NCBI GenBank assembly: GCA_964452045.1
Contig: CAYVKM010000004.1
Location: forward strand, 2,659 to 66,658
DNA: 64,000 nucleotides
From: an uncultured Calditrichaceae bacterium
Lineage (GTDB): Bacteria; Calditrichota; Calditrichia; RBG-13-44-9
Direction of reading: 5' to 3'
Part shown: positions 59,496 to 64,000 of the stretch, piece by piece
Layout of the letters: each line of letters starts with the position of its first letter
How positions within the stretch are numbered: the first letter of the stretch is position 1
Program-made: the position numbers and the translations under genes
Notes under the pieces: generated by a model
What the model was told of the DNA's origin: nothing
Seen by the model: the letters and a program-made list of their open reading frames with translations, nothing else
The model's database searches: none

Positions 59496-60728
59496 ATGGA
59501 AGGTCGAATACTTACCGGGTTAGATATTGGCACCACCAAGGTGTGTGCAGTGATTGTGAAGGAGGATCCCGGCGGCCGATTAAATGTGGTTGGAATCGGT
59601 AGTGCACCGTCCCACGGGTTGAGGAAAGGTGTGGTGGTCAATATCGAACAAACCGTACAATCGGTTCAGCAGGCTTTAAGTGAAGCAGAGCAGATGGCCG
59701 GGGTAAATGTGGATAGCGTTTTTGTGGGTATTGCCGGTGATCATATTCGCAGTCTGAACAGCAAAGGGGTGGTCGGTGTTTCCCGTGATGATCATGAAAT
59801 TACCGAAGAGGATGTGGACCGGGCCATCAGTGCGGCAAAAGCGCTGGCATTGCCCATCGACCGGGAAATTCTCCATGTTATTCCCCAGGAATTTATTGTT
59901 GATGATCAGGATGGAATTCCTGATCCGGTGGGACTTTCCGGGGTTCGGTTGGAGGTAGAAGTCCATCTGGTGACCGCTGCAGTGACCTCTGCCCAAAATA
60001 TCGTTAAAAGCGTACAGCGGGCGGGTTATCAGGTAGAGGAGATTATTCTGGAACCGCTCGCCAGCAGTCTGGCCGTATTGGATGATGATGAACGGAATCT
60101 CGGTATTGCCCTGGTTGATCTGGGAGGCGGAACAACCGACATTGCCATGTTTTTCGAGGGCCACATCCGGCACACCTCAGTGGTGGCCCTGGGTGGCCAA
60201 CACGTGACTAACGATATTGCCATCGGTTTGCGCACACCGCCGGAGCAGGCGGAAACCATCAAGATTGACCATGGCTGCGCAATTGCGGAATTCATCAAAC
60301 AAAATGAAACCCTTACCGTACCGGGAGTCGGCGGACGGGCGCCTCGTGTGATATCGCGGTCAGTATTGGTGGATATTATAGAACCCCGCATGGAGGAAAT
60401 CCTGCGCTTGACTTATCAGGAAATGGAAAAATCTGATTTGCTTAATCTGATGGCGGCCGGTGTGGTGATTACCGGTGGTGGTGCCATGTTAAAAGGTACC
60501 ATAGAACTGGCAGAAAAATTATGGGGACTTCCGGTCAAACTCGGCCTTCCGAAGTACCTGGGTGGACTCACTGAATCCGTGAGAAGTCCTATTTATGCCA
60601 CGGCAGTAGGATTGACCCTTTACGGACAAAGTTATCATGAAGGCAAATCGTTTCATAAACGCCGCTCGGATAACCTGTGGGAAGATGTAAGAGACAGTAT
60701 CGCAACTTTCTTTAAACGGTTTTTTTAA
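59496..60728 (+). CDS. ftsA: Cell division protein FtsA
   Basis: 410 aa. Actin-fold motifs [13 protein letters not shown] and [13 protein letters not shown]. Confidence 0.9.
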   Translation: MEGRILTGLDIGTTKVCAVIVKEDPGGRLNVVGIGSAPSHGLRKGVVVNIEQTVQSVQQALSEAEQMAGVNVDSVFVGIAGDHIRSLNSKGVVGVSRDDHEITEEDVDRAISAAKALALPIDREILHVIPQEFIVDDQDGIPDPVGLSGVRLEVEVHLVTAAVTSAQNIVKSVQRAGYQVEEIILEPLASSLAVLDDDERNLGIALVDLGGGTTDIAMFFEGHIRHTSVVALGGQHVTNDIAIGLRTPPEQAETIKIDHGCAIAEFIKQNETLTVPGVGGRAPRVISRSVLVDIIEPRMEEILRLTYQEMEKSDLLNLMAAGVVITGGGAMLKGTIELAEKLWGLPVKLGLPKYLGGLTESVRSPIYATAVGLTLYGQSYHEGKSFHKRRSDNLWEDVRDSIATFFKRFF

Positions 60729-60777
60729 TATGAAAATTATTAATCAATTAAATTTATTCTCTAACGAGGAGGTTCAT

Positions 60778-61971
60778 ATGAGTGATTTTGGACATCTGAA
60801 TATTTTGCTGGACGAGAAGTTTGAAAACAGCGCGAAGATGAAAGTTATCGGAGTAGGAGGGGCCGGTGGAAATGCCCTCAATACTATGGTTGAAGGCGGT
60901 CTGCAGGGGGTAGATTTTATCTCTATCAATACCGATGCCCAGGCCCTGGAGCAAAACAAAGCACAGACGAAAATCCAGATCGGCAAAAGATTGACCCAGG
61001 GGCTTGGTGCCGGGGCAAATCCGGAAATTGGTCGCAGGGCAATCGAAGAGGATAAAGATGAAGTGATAGAAGCCGTTCAAAATGCGGATATGGTTTTTAT
61101 CACTGCCGGTATGGGCGGTGGAACCGGGACTGGTGCTGCGCCAATCGTGGCCGAAATTGCCAAAGATCATGGCGCTTTAACCGTAGGTATTGTCACCAAA
61201 CCATTCCATTTTGAGGGAATGAAGCGGATGCAGCGGGCAGATCAGGGAATTGAGGAGCTCCGCCGGAATGTGGATACTCTGATCATTATTCCCAATCAGA
61301 GGCTCTTTGCAGTGGTCGATAAATCCACCCCGTTACTGGACGCATTCAAGGTTGCCGATGAAGTCCTGCTTCATGCAACTAAAGGTATCTCCGATTTAAT
61401 TGCCATACCCGGTCTGATTAATCTGGATTTTGCCGATGTCCGTACGGTGATGGCGGAGATGGGTCACGCCCTGATGGGTACCGGTTATGCCAATGGCGAA
61501 GGAAAGGCGGTTCAGGCTGCCCAACAGGCCATCAGCAGTCCTCTGCTGGAGGGCGTTTCAATAAAGGGTGCCCAGGGTGTACTGGTGAATATTACCGGTG
61601 GTTCGCAAATGACCCTGCATGAAATCAGCGAAGCCACCACAATTATTTATGAAGAGGCCGGAGATAAAGCCAATATTATATTTGGTGCAGTGATTGACGA
61701 AAATTTACAGGATTCAATCTTTGTTACGGTCATTGCAACCGGTTTTGATTCGGATACCCGCTTTCAGGCTGTTCCGAAAAGGGTTGAGGAAAAGGAACAG
61801 GAGCGAGTTAATCTGGATTTGCCAACGTTCATGAGGGAAAAACAAAAACAGCAGAACGTTGCCAAAACTATTTCCTTAAAACAGGAAACTCCCAAGGAAG
61901 AAAACGGCGATCTGAAGTTACCGTTGGATGATTTTGATATTCCGACATTCTTGCGAAAACAAATTGATTGA
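60778..61971 (+). CDS. ftsZ: Cell division GTPase FtsZ
   Basis: [11 protein letters not shown], tubulin signature [17 protein letters not shown]. Start assigned to the ATG at 60778 preceded by GAGGAGG. The track ORF starts at 60730 inside the ftsA stop region. Confidence 0.9.
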   Translation: MSDFGHLNILLDEKFENSAKMKVIGVGGAGGNALNTMVEGGLQGVDFISINTDAQALEQNKAQTKIQIGKRLTQGLGAGANPEIGRRAIEEDKDEVIEAVQNADMVFITAGMGGGTGTGAAPIVAEIAKDHGALTVGIVTKPFHFEGMKRMQRADQGIEELRRNVDTLIIIPNQRLFAVVDKSTPLLDAFKVADEVLLHATKGISDLIAIPGLINLDFADVRTVMAEMGHALMGTGYANGEGKAVQAAQQAISSPLLEGVSIKGAQGVLVNITGGSQMTLHEISEATTIIYEEAGDKANIIFGAVIDENLQDSIFVTVIATGFDSDTRFQAVPKRVEEKEQERVNLDLPTFMREKQKQQNVAKTISLKQETPKEENGDLKLPLDDFDIPTFLRKQID

Positions 61972-61979
61972 ACTGTCAC

Positions 61980-62018
61980 AGGCCGGCGGTTATGAGTCTA
62001 ACTGCTGGCCTTTTTTTA
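61980..62018 (+). terminator. Rho-independent terminator after ftsZ
   Basis: 10-bp stem AGGCCGGCGG/CUGCUGGCCU (two G-U pairs), a 13-nt loop, then a T7 run, 9 nt after the ftsZ stop. Confidence 0.6.
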
Positions 62019-62078
62019 TCCCTTTCTGACAATATTTTAAAAATTATCAGGTATAACCCGGTGCCTCAGAATTAAATA

Positions 62079-62990
62079 TTGAGCTTACCTGAGTTTTATA
62101 TTATCTTTAAAGCTGATTATACATTCGAGGTAAAATTGATTGAAACCGGTCTTCAGTTAGAACATATTTTGAATTTACTGGATGATGAAAGCCGGGAAAT
62201 TCAGAAGATTCTTCGCCAGACAATTTTGGATAACAGCCTGGAGTTTATCCTTGGCAAAGAGTCAGTCTATGAGAACTTAAGTGAAACACATCGTCAGTTG
62301 CTGGACGAGCTATATCTGGAATTGCATTTTGAATTGGTTTATTCGGCCATGCAGCAATTACTTTCCTATAACCTGGAAGATCTGGATCTGGAAAAAGCGG
62401 TTTTACTTCTGACTTACTGGAACTCTTCCAGGGTGAAACTCCCTGATATTATCAATGAACTGGATGAAATTGCTGCCGAGATCAGAAAGTCAATTCCCAC
62501 AACCGGGCATCCTTTAAGTTTTATTGATACGGTAAGTGATTTTTTAAATAAAAATTTAGGTTTTCGGGGAAATTCTACCGATTACTACAATCCGGATAAC
62601 AGTTTTATCGACAAGGTATTGGAAACCAAAAACGGCATACCCATTACCTTATCAGTGATTTATATTCTTATCGCCAGACGCCTGGATTTACCGATATTAG
62701 GAGTCCCAATGCCCGCCCATTTTATCATAAAATATGATGATGGGATAGATGAAATTTTCTTCGATCCTTTTTATGGTGGAAAAGTTTATTCACGACAGGA
62801 ATGTCTAAAATATCTGGAACAAGCAGATATCGAAGATCATGATAAAGTCTTGGATGGTTGCTCTAATTTTGATATCATCCTGCGCATGATGCGAAATATC
62901 CATCTGGTCTATTCTTCCTATAAGGATGAAGCTCAAAAAATTTCCGAAATAGAACAGTTATTGAGTCTGGTAGAACAAAACTTCAAATGA
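62079..62990 (+). CDS. SirB1/YchA-like transglutaminase-like family protein
   Basis: 303 aa. RRLDLPILGVPMPAHFIIK...DPFYGGKVYS aligns with E. coli SirB1 (RLDLPLLPVIFPTQLILR...NPFNGESLS). Confidence 0.55.
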   Translation: MSLPEFYIIFKADYTFEVKLIETGLQLEHILNLLDDESREIQKILRQTILDNSLEFILGKESVYENLSETHRQLLDELYLELHFELVYSAMQQLLSYNLEDLDLEKAVLLLTYWNSSRVKLPDIINELDEIAAEIRKSIPTTGHPLSFIDTVSDFLNKNLGFRGNSTDYYNPDNSFIDKVLETKNGIPITLSVIYILIARRLDLPILGVPMPAHFIIKYDDGIDEIFFDPFYGGKVYSRQECLKYLEQADIEDHDKVLDGCSNFDIILRMMRNIHLVYSSYKDEAQKISEIEQLLSLVEQNFK

Positions 62991-63385
62991 ACCAAGAATT
63001 GAGACACACCATACACTTTAGCATTGCCGAAGCCATCGAAACACTGCATACCATGAAACCGATGATTCAGCGGATGCGGGAGTTGTCAAAGAGATTACTG
63101 CAGGAGGGATATGATATTTATCATATGAATATATCCAATGGTTTTGGCAATAACGGACATGGTGAAATTTCCGGGAAAATGGAAATGCTGATCGATGTTC
63201 TAAAAAAGTTGATATCTGCAGGGATCCAGATAAAAGGTCTGGAGGAAGGACTGGTGGATTTTCCCCATATCCGCTCCAATGGTGAAGAAGTATACCTGTG
63301 TTACAAGTATGGTGAGGATTCGATTAATTACTGGCACCGGATTGATGCCGGTTTTGCCGGAAGACAACCTCTTTCTTCCATATAA
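62987..63385 (+). CDS. Hypothetical protein (DUF2203-like), translationally coupled to the upstream gene
   Basis: 132 aa. 4-nt ATGA overlap with the preceding gene. Confidence 0.45.
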   Translation: MNQELRHTIHFSIAEAIETLHTMKPMIQRMRELSKRLLQEGYDIYHMNISNGFGNNGHGEISGKMEMLIDVLKKLISAGIQIKGLEEGLVDFPHIRSNGEEVYLCYKYGEDSINYWHRIDAGFAGRQPLSSI

Positions 63386-63422
63386 CAGATCATAAAATAA
63401 ACGAAAAACGAGGAAACCTGGA

Positions 63423-64000
63423 ATGAGTTCAAAGGCATACGATTTTGATGTTTTAATTATTGGCGGTGGCCCCGGTGGTTATGTTGCGGCAATTCGGGCG
63501 GCCCAGAAGGGTCTGAAAACCGGCGTAGTCGAAAAGGATGCGCTTGGTGGGGTCTGTTTGAACTGGGGCTGTATTCCCACCAAAGCATTGTTAAAGAATG
63601 CGGAATTAATGCACTATTATAAAAGATCCGAAGAATTTGGATTCGCGATAAAAGGTTTTTCCTTCAATTTTGGAAAAATCATTCAGCGGAGCCGGGAAGT
63701 CGCTGAGGTGAATTCCAAGGGGGTAGATTTTCTGTTTAAGAAAAATAAAATAGAGCATATTCCCGGAACCGGCTCATTGACGGATGAACATACCATTTCG
63801 GTAAAGGACGGAAAGGGCAAAGAAGTCAGGAAAGTATCAGGGGATAAGATCATTATTGCGACCGGAGGACGGGCCAGACCTTTCCCCAATGTAGATTTTG
63901 ACGGAAAGAAAATTTTGTCCTCCAAGGAATCCATGATCTTGAAAAATCCTCCCAAGAAGATGATCATCGTTGGGGCGGGGGCAATTGGGGTTGAGTTTGC
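63423..64000 (+). CDS. lpdA: Dihydrolipoyl dehydrogenase (N-terminal portion, runs off the window)
   Basis: MSSKAYDFDVLIIGGGPGGYVAAIRAAQ...GGVCLNWGCIPTKALL: FAD-binding motif and redox-active disulfide. Confidence 0.85.
   Translation, partial: MSSKAYDFDVLIIGGGPGGYVAAIRAAQKGLKTGVVEKDALGGVCLNWGCIPTKALLKNAELMHYYKRSEEFGFAIKGFSFNFGKIIQRSREVAEVNSKGVDFLFKKNKIEHIPGTGSLTDEHTISVKDGKGKEVRKVSGDKIIIATGGRARPFPNVDFDGKKILSSKESMILKNPPKKMIIVGAGAIGVEF

Noticed and set aside
1-64000. Looked for CRISPR arrays, tandem or direct repeats, transposase or integrase genes and phage-like genes.
   Set aside because: No regularly spaced repeats and no mobile-element proteins found. The only composition anomaly is the 1-kb AT-rich segment reported above.

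Overview
This 64-kb window comes from a compact bacterial chromosome at roughly 45% GC. It has three parts.

**(1) Positions 1 to about 24,000: a carbohydrate-utilisation locus in two convergent transcription units.**
- Plus-strand unit, about 2,045 to 12,358: a PfkB-family sugar kinase, an FGGY xylulokinase-like kinase, a D-lyxose/D-mannose isomerase (YdaE-like cupin), three URO-D-family paralogs, a GH31 glycosidase and a divergent xylose-isomerase-family enzyme.
- Minus-strand unit, about 24,004 down to 12,419: a GalT-like protein, a PhyH-family dioxygenase, a sodium:solute (SSS) symporter, a GH38 alpha-mannosidase, RbsD/FucU, a large secreted GH2-like hydrolase with malectin-like modules, and a fourth URO-D paralog.
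- At the left edge: an AraB-like L-ribulokinase (runs off the window) and an orphan lipoprotein sugar-binding protein.

**(2) About 24,000 to 44,500: housekeeping genes.**
- purM, a DUF4416-like protein, an acyl-CoA ligase, pgpH–ybeY–corC, selA–selB, queG, a ferredoxin, a glycerophosphodiester phosphodiesterase (GDPD), an MBL-fold hydrolase, a SPOR lipoprotein, and yebC–ruvC–ruvA–ruvB–queA.
- This stretch is interrupted by an AT-rich segment of about 1 kb (38,824–39,838). It begins right after a truncated ArsC/Spx-family gene and contains one small, very hydrophobic ORF.

**(3) 44,781 to 61,971: a complete, collinear cell-division/cell-wall (dcw) cluster.**
- Gene order is mraZ–rsmH–ftsL–ftsI–murE–murF–mraY–murD–ftsW–murG–murC–murB–ftsQ–ftsA–ftsZ, with no ddl.
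- It is followed by a rho-independent terminator, a SirB1-like/DUF2203 pair, and the start of lpdA.

I found no rRNA, tRNA, CRISPR array, transposase or integrase.

The most unusual element is the set of four URO-D-family paralogs co-transcribed with GH31, GH38, GH2-malectin and the sugar isomerases and kinases. No corrinoid-protein partner is visible in the window. This suggests an uncharacterised step in mannoside or N-glycan-type catabolism, but that is inference.
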